The translations under genes and the position numbers were made by a program. The notes below the pieces were generated by a model. The model saw only the letters and a list, made by a program, of their open reading frames with translations. It searched no databases and was not told the DNA's origin. A DNA stretch of 64,000 nt, taken from positions 248,001 to 312,000 of IMG/VR virus record IMGVR_UViG_3300011113_000640; one strand, written 5' to 3'. Positions 18,793 through 26,938 of the stretch are shown in pieces (within the stretch, counting starts at the first letter, position 1; each line of letters opens with the position of its first letter).

Positions 18793-19878
18793 CTAGGCCG
18801 AAGCTTGCAAAATATACTTGCCGAAGCGGTTGTGGAACTCATCAAAGTTCTTGAGCTTGGTAGGCTGGAACGGAAGATTGTAGGTGGTAAGTGCAATACG
18901 GGCACCCATGACCACAAGCTCAGTCTCAAAGTTTTGCATCATGTACTTGAAGAAATGGTCGGCCATTTCATGGAACTGTTTGTCTGGCACTTTCTTCTCG
19001 ATAGCACCTTTGAGCTCGTAGCACATGCTGATAACCAGAGAGTACATGGCACTGACTTCTTTGACATTGAGATCTTTCTCTTTGCCGCTCAGGATGTCTT
19101 CGGGCTTGGGCATGCGTCCAGCAACCTTGCGGTGTGCCATGAATTTCACAGCCAGACCTTCGCCTACTGTACCTGCAATCAAGTTCATGATGGTGTCATC
19201 ATCGCCGTCTTCATCTTCAAGAATCTGGCTTACGAATGTCCATGACCTTGGTGTAGCAAAGGCACGGCTGGCTGATTTGGGATCAAAGTCATACAGGTCC
19301 TGCTTGGCAAAACTCAAATAACCAACCACGTCTTTGTGGATGTTGTTGTTGACTGCCCACTCTTGATATGACGCAAAGTCCACACGCATTTCTTGGTGTA
19401 TGAAACGATTTGCCAAGGGCGTGGGCATGCGATAGGTCACACCCTTGTCGCTTTCGCGATTACCGGCAGCAACCAAGACCACGTTTTCAGGCAAGAAGTA
19501 TTTGCCCACACGACGATTCAGGATCAACTGATAGGCCGCGGCTTGCACCGAAGGAGCGGCACTATTCATCTCATCCAAGAATAGCACCACGATGGGATAC
19601 TGGCTGGCAAATTCCGCAGTTGGCAAATCCACTGGCTCGGCCCAGTCCATTTTGCCCGACTCTTTGTTGTAAAACGGAATACCACGGATATCCGTAGGCT
19701 CCATCTGACCAAGTCGGAGATCGATCATGTAACCACCAAGTTCGGCAGCAATATCGGCCACCAGTTCACTTTTACCGATACCAGGAGGACCCCAGAGGAA
19801 TAAGGGGCGTTTTTTGCTGAATGCTTTGAGCAAGCTCTTACGGGCCTGCACCGATGTTACGGTTCTTGTTTCTGACAT
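18793..19878 (-). CDS. MoxR/dynein-related AAA+ ATPase
   Basis: Walker A GPPGIGKS, Walker B LFLDE, AAGN, LANRF, TPRSW. Confidence 0.95.
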   Translation of the reverse strand: MSETRTVTSVQARKSLLKAFSKKRPLFLWGPPGIGKSELVADIAAELGGYMIDLRLGQMEPTDIRGIPFYNKESGKMDWAEPVDLPTAEFASQYPIVVLFLDEMNSAAPSVQAAAYQLILNRRVGKYFLPENVVLVAAGNRESDKGVTYRMPTPLANRFIHQEMRVDFASYQEWAVNNNIHKDVVGYLSFAKQDLYDFDPKSASRAFATPRSWTFVSQILEDEDGDDDTIMNLIAGTVGEGLAVKFMAHRKVAGRMPKPEDILSGKEKDLNVKEVSAMYSLVISMCYELKGAIEKKVPDKQFHEMADHFFKYMMQNFETELVVMGARIALTTYNLPFQPTKLKNFDEFHNRFGKYILQASA

Positions 19879-19924
19879 GGCTGTGTCCTATAAAAAGTTG
19901 AAGAAATTTTACTACTATAGAACT

Positions 19925-19953
19925 ATTATACAACAAACGGAATTATTGGTCAA
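19925..19953 (-). promoter_or_regulatory. Sigma70-type early promoter
   Basis: TTGACC-N17-TATAAT; near copy of 16424-16452. Confidence 0.85.
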
Positions 19954-21091
19954 CCTGTGTGTAAGTGCCAATTTTATACAAGTGACTTAGATGCCCACGT
20001 AACCCTTCATACACGGTTCCGCTGTTGAACCATTGTTTGCCACAGATTCTTTCTAGTTCGTGTAAACTATTTACCCATTTGGTTTTGGCTTCAAATTCGC
20101 CTTCGATGAACCAGCGGCTTAACTCGTTCCATACAGCTCGCGTGGGCTTTTTGATTTGCCAGGTATCATGTTTCCAGTCTGGATAAATGCTGAAATTCAC
20201 TTCGCGATAATAGTCTTCGTCGTGAAAATTGGCAATGTTGTTGGTGTGCTTGATAAGATGTATCCGATTGGTTGACTTCAGCCAGTTTACCACCACGTGA
20301 CTTTGTTTGACCGCCAACTCGGGCAGATTTGGCGACCAATAAAAGTATTCATCGTTTTCCCAATACTCGCCAAGAATATCATTGGTAGGCAAGGTTCCGG
20401 TGGTCATGATCACATCTAAAAAAGCAAAATAAATGTTTGTATCATCTCTCAACAGTCGGGGTTTGTCTACCCCATAAACAAACCCAACCTTTTTGCCCCG
20501 GTGTAATAATTCATTGTGCTCGCGAAATATCTTGTGAAATCGCGATCGTACCATACAGGTAGGATCAAATCTAACTCCAGCGGTCCAGAACCAATCAGGA
20601 TTGTTGGCTGCTTCTAGTATGTTCTTGGTCCAGTCATATACATTGACCTTGATGTTGTGATCGGCCACCAACCTGCGAAGTTGCGGCAAGGCCTGCTGGA
20701 TTTCTCGGGTGTAGTAGCCTGGTGTAGTATCAGATCCCAAACGTGCATATTCTTGTTCTTCAGCTTCGAATGCTCCAAACATATAAACTTCGTCCAGCTT
20801 GATGTTGTTTTTGATAAAAGTTCGAAGGATATACCAGGAATCAACTCCTCCGGAATAAAACAGCACCAAATGATCATAGGCTTCTCGCAGTTGCAAGGCA
20901 CGTTGACGATACAGCTCTTCCAGAGCTACCGGAGGATCTAGGTCCCAGCGGGCAGTACCAAAGATACTGTCATGATAATCCCATTCTATATGTTGCCCAG
21001 AAGAGTTGGCTTCCAGTATGGCTTCTAGTTTGTTGAAAAAGGGCCGACCATTGCAGGTATAAACCCCTTTGTTGTGATACAAATATGTCAT
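19943..21091 (-). CDS. PP-loop (N-type ATP pyrophosphatase superfamily) protein of unknown function
   Basis: LFYSGGVDS PP-loop; YGVDKP. Confidence 0.7.
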   Translation of the reverse strand: MTYLYHNKGVYTCNGRPFFNKLEAILEANSSGQHIEWDYHDSIFGTARWDLDPPVALEELYRQRALQLREAYDHLVLFYSGGVDSWYILRTFIKNNIKLDEVYMFGAFEAEEQEYARLGSDTTPGYYTREIQQALPQLRRLVADHNIKVNVYDWTKNILEAANNPDWFWTAGVRFDPTCMVRSRFHKIFREHNELLHRGKKVGFVYGVDKPRLLRDDTNIYFAFLDVIMTTGTLPTNDILGEYWENDEYFYWSPNLPELAVKQSHVVVNWLKSTNRIHLIKHTNNIANFHDEDYYREVNFSIYPDWKHDTWQIKKPTRAVWNELSRWFIEGEFEAKTKWVNSLHELERICGKQWFNSGTVYEGLRGHLSHLYKIGTYTQVDQ

Positions 21092-22002
21092 TGGGCGATG
21101 TTGTTTCTATGTCTGTAAAGTAATTGTTCTAACAATCTCACATGTTTGTTATAATACATGGTCACAGGAACATTGTCAAATTGACTGGGTCGCATGTCAC
21201 TGAGACTTTGTATGGTAGCAAGGCCAATTTGACTGGTGGCCTGTGTCAGGATTCGTGCAATCTCATCCTGACGCTGAGATCGCATGGTACGATTGGCAAT
21301 CACAATATTGAACACTGTGGGTGCAGTTATGCCTTGTTCCGCCAGAGTTTTCACTGCCGGCAAGTCTGGATGACGCTTGGGGCAACTCATGGCCAACATT
21401 TGTAGCCGTGGATTTCTGGCTTTCATTTGTTGATAGTTGGCCACTCGTTCCAATACCATGTTCACAGAACCATCACCGGTCATCAGCAACAAGGCATCCA
21501 TGTTGCTTTTGAAAGGCACATACCGCACTGTGAAACCATAGCGTGATGCTAATTGTAAAGCGGTCAAGTGTGCGGCATTGCCTATGCCCACACCGCCCAC
21601 GACCAATTCACGCCGACCTTGTAGGCTGGCCACACCCTGACGTTCATCGCCGACATTGGTTATAACCCCCCAGCAGGCATCGCCCATGCTCCATACAGGA
21701 TCATAGTCCGTGAGATTCAAGCGTCCGGCCACGGTTTGTTCTACAAATTTGGGTGCCACGATGGCTACACGGTTCTGTGGTTGTTCGTCCATGTACCGCA
21801 CGGCCAAGATTTGTTCGCCGCCGGGCCGGAATTCCAATATAAAATTGTATTGTGATTGGTTGCGATTGGCCTGTTCTATAATTCGAAACATAGCCGGCGA
21901 TCCTGAGTGGCTGGCACTGTAAGGACTTACTATGGTTATAGTTTCTGCACTCAATACAAAATTTGACCAAAAGGTCAACATTATTAATGCTAATTTTATC
22001 AT
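21088..22002 (-). CDS. Bug/TctC-family periplasmic substrate-binding protein
   Basis: Signal peptide; ITIVSPY, RPGG, GVGIGNAAHL, YVPFK, RHPDLPAVKTLAEQG. Confidence 0.85.
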   Translation of the reverse strand: MIKLALIMLTFWSNFVLSAETITIVSPYSASHSGSPAMFRIIEQANRNQSQYNFILEFRPGGEQILAVRYMDEQPQNRVAIVAPKFVEQTVAGRLNLTDYDPVWSMGDACWGVITNVGDERQGVASLQGRRELVVGGVGIGNAAHLTALQLASRYGFTVRYVPFKSNMDALLLMTGDGSVNMVLERVANYQQMKARNPRLQMLAMSCPKRHPDLPAVKTLAEQGITAPTVFNIVIANRTMRSQRQDEIARILTQATSQIGLATIQSLSDMRPSQFDNVPVTMYYNKHVRLLEQLLYRHRNNIAQ

Positions 22003-22029
22003 TGTTTCTCCTAAATTTTTAATTTTTAA

Positions 22030-22155
22030 GAGCTTGCAGAAGAACTCTGCTACGGCTCGGCGTTATGTATTATGATACAATAAAGACATCACTATGTCAA
22101 GCGTCGATTTGAATGCCGACGTCGGAGTGATCCGGCGTTGCAGGATTTATTTATA
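22030..22155 (-). promoter_or_regulatory. Palindrome-rich regulatory region with TATAAATA late element (22148-22155) and TTGACA-N17-TATCAT (22072-22100)
   Basis: Motifs and five short inverted repeats read directly. Confidence 0.6.
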
Positions 22156-22158
22156 TGT

Positions 22159-22323
22159 TCAACGGCCTCGGCCGGCACTTCTTGTTGGAGGTTTTTTGCC
22201 TATCACAGGTGCCCGTTGTTTGACGGTTTTCCTTTCCACCTGTGGAGCATCATCATTTTCAGGATGATGGATTCCTTTTTTCTTGTCTGCGGCCTTCTTT
22301 AAGAAATCGCTCATTTTGCTCAT
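22159..22323 (-). CDS. Small basic protein (MSKMSDFLKKAADKKKG...)
   Basis: AAGGA SD; track's longer start lies within a tRNA. Confidence 0.7.
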   Translation of the reverse strand: MSKMSDFLKKAADKKKGIHHPENDDAPQVERKTVKQRAPVIGKKPPTRSAGRGR

Positions 22324-22340
22324 AGTTGTTTCCTTGTTAA

Positions 22341-22424
22341 TGGTGCCCCCGGGGTGAATCGAACACCCTTTGAGTTTCCTCGACGGATTACAAATCCGTT
22401 GCAATCCCACTATGCGACAGGGGC
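22341..22424 (-). tRNA. tRNA-Thr(UGU) with long class II-type variable arm
   Basis: Acceptor GCCCCTG/CGGGGGC-ACCA; anticodon arm ACGGA-TTTGTAA-TCCGT; variable region CGAGGAAACTCAAA; T arm GGGTG-TTCGATT-CACCC. Confidence 0.88.
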
Positions 22425-22437
22425 TTGGTTGTGATCA

Positions 22438-22908
22438 TTAAATGATTTTTCCTGTCGCAGCATCAACTGTCACAGGTGTGTGTTGCGCAAATGTAAATGT
22501 GTATGCAGGATTTTTCTGACTGGCCGTCTGTTTCAATGTGCAGTCAGACCAAACTTCTGTTATGCCGCTTTTGGTCAAAATCTCCACGGCCTGACTGCAA
22601 TTTATCGCAGGCGGATAAGTCCAGGGCTGACAATCCTTTACACGACTGTCATCTGGAAAGGGACCTGTGGCATGACCCGTGTTGCTGATCACAATGGCTG
22701 TAGGCCGATTGTCACGGGCACCCAGCCAGCAAGTGTAACAGTCACCACCATTGACACTGTTGGCCAACAGGAATTTACTTCCGTGTTGTACCAAATCAAT
22801 AACACTTTTGGCGCCCCAGACCTGCTGATCAAAACTCAACGTCGACATCAGTCCAACTTGTCTGACATAACTCAAAATGCGATTCAGTATGTTGTTAAAG
22901 ATTTTCAT
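22438..22908 (-). CDS. Hypothetical protein with PepSY-like C-terminus
   Basis: Ends VTVDAATGKII; start may be 22848. Confidence 0.6.
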   Translation of the reverse strand: MKIFNNILNRILSYVRQVGLMSTLSFDQQVWGAKSVIDLVQHGSKFLLANSVNGGDCYTCWLGARDNRPTAIVISNTGHATGPFPDDSRVKDCQPWTYPPAINCSQAVEILTKSGITEVWSDCTLKQTASQKNPAYTFTFAQHTPVTVDAATGKII

Positions 22909-23126
22909 GATTGCTCCGGGGATATTTGATCAGCCATGTCAATTGCAGGCTCTTTGTAGCCAGCTCTGCGTTTCAACAAGTCGATCCTGCGTTGAATTTT
23001 GGCCTGTTTCTTATTGGCCTGTGTTTTTTCTTTTAATTCGGTGAGTTGCTTTACACTGAGACTGACGATCCGGACCTCACCGTTTTTGGTGTAGCCAGGT
23101 TTTTTGCGATTGAGAGTTTTTGCCAT
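22905..23126 (-). CDS. Small basic hypothetical protein
   Basis: AGGA SD; ATGA overlap downstream. Confidence 0.75.
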   Translation of the reverse strand: MAKTLNRKKPGYTKNGEVRIVSLSVKQLTELKEKTQANKKQAKIQRRIDLLKRRAGYKEPAIDMADQISPEQS

Positions 23127-23181
23127 GATTGTGATCCTGTTTGATAATTTTACTTAGTGTTATCACGGCAAGTTTTTAAAA

Positions 23182-24033
23182 TTATTGACATTCCTGCCAG
23201 GTCCAAAATCCGTTGTAAAATTCCGGCAAACGCCGGGCTGTTGGATCCCACGAAAACAGGAATTTTTTTCCAGCCCGAGGAACTAGTAATTTTTGTGGCG
23301 GAGGCCAATCGGTGGTATAGCTTATGCCTAGACATGGCAATCCTTGATAACTGGTATGATCTTTGACAACCACCGTGGCAGATTTGTATTCTGTGAGATC
23401 CAAAACGAACTCAATTTTTTGATCACAGGTGCCGGGTCCAATCTTGACTATGCCGTCAAATGTTTGACTGGGTTTTATCAAGTTTGTGTTGTTCACAGCA
23501 TCGTAAAAACCTCGGGGCAAGGAATCATAGTTCAGCATGACTCTTGGTTGGCAGTCTGATAAATTGTTATCGAGCTGACCTTCGTAGACCGCAACATCTA
23601 TGGCCCAGACATCAGGCACACTGACGTAAGGTGTTTTGAATATCTGGTTGGCATGACTCCAGATTTTTTTCATGGTTGAGTTGGTTATAAACTGACATCC
23701 TAAGGGTTCGCACAGAAAAATGTCAATATTTTGGGGAACATCGTCGGGAGTCAGTGAGAGAAAATCAGCAGTGCTCACTGAGTGCCTGCCATGGTATCCT
23801 GCGTGATCCAGGATGTCACGGGTCAACGCAGTTCTGGCCGATCTAACGTCAACTCCGTAGTAGTGGCTGGCACCAAATTCAAGACAGTATGCACCCAGCA
23901 AACCAACGCCGGTGCCTACTTCGAATACAGTTCGATCTTTGACAAGATTTTTAAGGATTTCTCGATACCAATTAGATCTAGGTGTATCATTGATGTAGGT
24001 CAAGGCCACATTTACTTCAGGATGTCTTATCAT
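23182..24033 (-). CDS. Class I SAM methyltransferase, PRMT-like
   Basis: INDTPRSNWY, VFEVGTGVGLL, DIFLCEPLG resemble PRMT motifs. Confidence 0.75.
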   Translation of the reverse strand: MIRHPEVNVALTYINDTPRSNWYREILKNLVKDRTVFEVGTGVGLLGAYCLEFGASHYYGVDVRSARTALTRDILDHAGYHGRHSVSTADFLSLTPDDVPQNIDIFLCEPLGCQFITNSTMKKIWSHANQIFKTPYVSVPDVWAIDVAVYEGQLDNNLSDCQPRVMLNYDSLPRGFYDAVNNTNLIKPSQTFDGIVKIGPGTCDQKIEFVLDLTEYKSATVVVKDHTSYQGLPCLGISYTTDWPPPQKLLVPRAGKKFLFSWDPTARRLPEFYNGFWTWQECQ

Positions 24034-24619
24034 GATCTAGGTTGACCCATGTGGTTATTTCTCCTATGCAAGTATTGGATTTAGAATTTATACAAAGTTC
24101 TAGCTGGCTGATAATATCTTGGACATTGACGCCATGGCCAGTCCAAGTAGGTCTGGAACGACCTATGGGAGTATCCAGTCTATCTACTGTTATCAAACTG
24201 GTACGAAAATTTACCTGGCCAATTCGAAAGGCCTGAGTCCATTGTAGACTTGCATGTTTGAGAGCCGCCTTGTTGGAATTGTAGCTTTCCCAACCCGGAA
24301 AAGGTGCAGATGTATCTTCACTGCCCACCCCACCTATGTTTATGATATGTCCACCCTTGCCACGTTCTTGCCACAGCATAGCCACTTCGGTCAGCAGCTG
24401 AGTTTGACCATATAGTGTTTGGCTTTGACCAAACACTCCATCATAGGCGTTGTTGACGAATACATCATAATTCAAACTGAGTTCGGCTATCTTAGCACGC
24501 TGGGTCAAAATATCATGACCGGTTGATCTACTGACACTGGTGGCATCAAACTTTTTAACCAATTCTAAACCCAGACCTTGGTTGCCACCTGTGACTAGAA
24601 AAGTTTTGAGATTGGCCAT
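24017..24619 (-). CDS. Short-chain dehydrogenase/reductase
   Basis: TGGNQGLG, VNNA, YNSNK. Confidence 0.85.
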   Translation of the reverse strand: MANLKTFLVTGGNQGLGLELVKKFDATSVSRSTGHDILTQRAKIAELSLNYDVFVNNAYDGVFGQSQTLYGQTQLLTEVAMLWQERGKGGHIINIGGVGSEDTSAPFPGWESYNSNKAALKHASLQWTQAFRIGQVNFRTSLITVDRLDTPIGRSRPTWTGHGVNVQDIISQLELCINSKSNTCIGEITTWVNLDHDKTS

Positions 24620-24625
24620 TTAATT

Positions 24626-24701
24626 TGGTACACCCAAGGGGATTCGAACCCCTGTTGCAGCCGTGAAAGGGCCGAGTCCTGGGCCTCTAGACGATGGGTG
24701 C
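24626..24701 (-). tRNA. tRNA-Glu(UUC)
   Basis: GCACCCA/TGGGTGT-ACCA; loop CTTTCAC; GTTCGAATC. Confidence 0.95.
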
Positions 24702-24704
24702 ATG

Positions 24705-24863
24705 TTACTTCATTCTCAACTGCTGAGCAAATTTTTTGACAATCAGATTTGCCTTCTTGTTGGATTCTGTGATGCTTCTGCTGGCAGCCGATCGTTTTTC
24801 GGTCTTGGTCCACTGTCCAGCGATAGTTCTGCTTAGTTCACCTGCACTTTGACGCTTTGCCAT
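24705..24863 (-). CDS. 52-aa basic protein (MAKRQSAGELSRTIAGQW...), not in ORF track
   Basis: Hand-translated; fills gap between rpoZ-like gene and tRNA-Glu. Confidence 0.6.
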   Translation of the reverse strand: MAKRQSAGELSRTIAGQWTKTEKRSAASRSITESNKKANLIVKKFAQQLRMK

Positions 24864-24865
24864 GT

Positions 24866-25087
24866 TTATTTTACCTTTATCAAATAATCAGTCATATTAA
24901 AAGTGCCACTCTGTACTTCTTTGAGTGCATCAATGGGCGTGACCCAAGAGTTGGTTTCTCGAGCCCGGCGCTTCATTTCTCTCAGTCGTTGCGCAGCAGC
25001 GATCACAAGATCATATCGGCCGCCGGCATAGGCCACACAGCGTTCGGTATCAATTTCACTGCTACGACTTTCGATTCTGGTGCTCAT
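24866..25087 (-). CDS. rpoZ: RNA polymerase omega subunit-like protein
   Basis: RYDLVIAAAQRLRE and PIDALKEV match omega conserved regions; AAGGAG SD. Confidence 0.8.
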   Translation of the reverse strand: MSTRIESRSSEIDTERCVAYAGGRYDLVIAAAQRLREMKRRARETNSWVTPIDALKEVQSGTFNMTDYLIKVK

Positions 25088-25109
25088 GACTTCTCCTTGT
25101 AAAAAGTTA

Positions 25110-25152
25110 ATTATACACTAAAATATGGCGCTGGTCAAACACTTTATAAATA
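25110..25152. promoter_or_regulatory. Divergent promoters: minus TTGACC-N17-TATAAT (25110-25138) and plus TATAAATA (25145-25152)
   Basis: Consensus matches. Confidence 0.8.
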
Positions 25153-25156
25153 TCCA

Positions 25157-25873
25157 ATGTGCCCGCAACACCTTAGTTCACATTTTGCCAATCAAGAACT
25201 TAATTGGATTCAGACTGACTCATATGAACAATATCAAAAAAATCTCATTGAAAAACAAGATGAACTAGAACAGTTTGGTTGGATCGATCAAACTTTTACC
25301 TATCGATATAACAGTCAAGGATTCAGAAGTGCCGAGTTTGAAGAATCTGTTCCCAGTGCGATGTTTCTTGGATGTAGCCACACGCTGGGAGTAGGATTAC
25401 CTATGGAAGCTACCTTTTCGCACATAGTCAGCACCAGTTTAAATCTTAAAAATTTCAATCTGGGTGTTCCGGGTAGTAGCAATGATACTGCATTCCGTTT
25501 GGCGCATTATTACATTCCTCGATTGAAACCAACCATTGTGGTTTTTCTATCAACTGAACGAACCAGATTTGAATTGTTTACAGAAAACAACGAAAACGAT
25601 ATTTTATCCTATAACAACATGACCAATTCTCTTCAATTTGTCAGAGAAGAGTTGAAGCTATTTTATCGTCATTGGATAATGAATAACAACAACGTTGATA
25701 TGCATTATGCAAAAAATGTTGGAGCCATTCAACAGCTATGTTCTGCAAACAATATCAAATTTTATCACAGAGAATTTTTAAAGTTTCCGTTGATAGACAA
25801 AGCAAGAGATCTAGCGCACTATGGAATTAAATCTAACAATATTGTCGCCAAGAAAATTCTAGCAGATCTTTAA
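25157..25873 (+). CDS. SGNH hydrolase-like protein
   Basis: NSQGFRS, FLGCSHT, NLGVPGSS, DLAHYG. Confidence 0.75.
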   Translation: MCPQHLSSHFANQELNWIQTDSYEQYQKNLIEKQDELEQFGWIDQTFTYRYNSQGFRSAEFEESVPSAMFLGCSHTLGVGLPMEATFSHIVSTSLNLKNFNLGVPGSSNDTAFRLAHYYIPRLKPTIVVFLSTERTRFELFTENNENDILSYNNMTNSLQFVREELKLFYRHWIMNNNNVDMHYAKNVGAIQQLCSANNIKFYHREFLKFPLIDKARDLAHYGIKSNNIVAKKILADL

Positions 25874-26808
25874 CCTATTAGCTTGGCCAGGTGTGATCTA
25901 TTGTAGCGAGCAATAGTTTGTAAATTGTCAATGATGTCAATGGTAGACATTGTTTCTTTCATGGCTTGCCATCTAGCCGGCCCTTCGAGTCGATCGTAGC
26001 TTTCATCCCAACAACTACTATAAGTTTGGAATCCAATATCTTGTAACCTTTTTAAATAATTTCGCGGACCATAAACCAACACAGGCTTGCCAGCCATGAT
26101 AGGCCTTACAGTTTTTTCAGTGGGAAAGAATGTATCACCCAGTGTATATGTTTCGGCAACAATTTCAATTTGGAATTGATTGTAGTAACCTAGTATGCCG
26201 CTGTTGGTCTTTGGCTCTCTGACAAATTGATCTCTAACCCTGTGTCCGTCAATGCTGGTAACTGGACAACAAGTAAGCCACCCAATAATGTCGGTGTTGA
26301 GCCAATCATCGGGTTTTTCTAAATTAATTGGAGCAGTTTCTTTGATCCAAGGCGGCGCCTCGTCTGTGTTCATAACACTTAACAATGTGTTTCCTTGTTG
26401 CCAAAGATCATAGAGTATTCTTGCTCGAGCAAAAGTTCTGCGACCCATAAAGTAGCCAAACAAGCAAGCACCATCGGCAACAGGTGCAACATCGGTCCAG
26501 TACTTGCGGCTCATTTCAAAAAAATGACTAAGGGAGACTTTACCTATGTTTAAATTTGCGTACGGTGTTTGCTCGTGCATGTTAGGATTTCTAGCAATAC
26601 TGATTGTTTTGGGGTCTCTGCCGGTGGCAACACAGTGTTGATTTAACATGTCCACAATGCCCAGTGCTTGCATGCTAGGACCTTCATAACGGAAATCTAT
26701 TTCGACATGGGCAGAAGGATCAATATTGCTGAGACAATTTTTAACCTCCGCTGGGTTGCTCCAAGAATCTCCACACACTCTTAAAGGAATAACAATCGGT
26801 TTATTCAA
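25870..26808 (-). CDS. Putative glycosyltransferase-like 'ET..TEKT.RP' family protein
   Basis: VAETY..FFPTEKTVRP..GFQTY..WDESYD. Confidence 0.6.
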   Translation of the reverse strand: MNKPIVIPLRVCGDSWSNPAEVKNCLSNIDPSAHVEIDFRYEGPSMQALGIVDMLNQHCVATGRDPKTISIARNPNMHEQTPYANLNIGKVSLSHFFEMSRKYWTDVAPVADGACLFGYFMGRRTFARARILYDLWQQGNTLLSVMNTDEAPPWIKETAPINLEKPDDWLNTDIIGWLTCCPVTSIDGHRVRDQFVREPKTNSGILGYYNQFQIEIVAETYTLGDTFFPTEKTVRPIMAGKPVLVYGPRNYLKRLQDIGFQTYSSCWDESYDRLEGPARWQAMKETMSTIDIIDNLQTIARYNRSHLAKLIG

Positions 26809-26855
26809 ACTACTCTTTGCTTTCTTTTTTCAATATTTAATAATTATAGTTAATC

Positions 26856-26932
26856 TGGTGCCCCGGGAAGGATTCGAACCTTCAACAGCTCCCTTCTGAG
26901 GAGAGTGCGTCTACCTGTTGCGCCACCGGGGT
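26856..26932 (-). tRNA. tRNA-Leu(CAG) with short variable loop and A1:C72 mismatch
   Basis: ACCCCGG/CCGGGGC-ACCA; CTCTC-CTCAGAA-GGGAG; variable loop CTGTT. Confidence 0.88.
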
Positions 26933-26938
26933 TGACCT

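Noticed and set aside
19943-21091. PP-loop protein as the missing QueC
   Set aside because: Lacks the QueC C-terminal Cys zinc motif (CGxCxxC), is too long, and is unlinked to the que genes
22324-22410. N-terminal extension of ORF 22159..22410
   Set aside because: Overlaps the tRNA-Thr gene; the SD-supported start is 22323
22341-22424. Calling the long-arm tRNA Tyr(GUA)
   Set aside because: In the 7-nt loop TTTGTAA positions 34-36 are TGT; GTA is off register
24595-24813. 72-aa ORF here and ORFs 27462..27698 and 27932..28114
   Set aside because: They overlap tRNA genes
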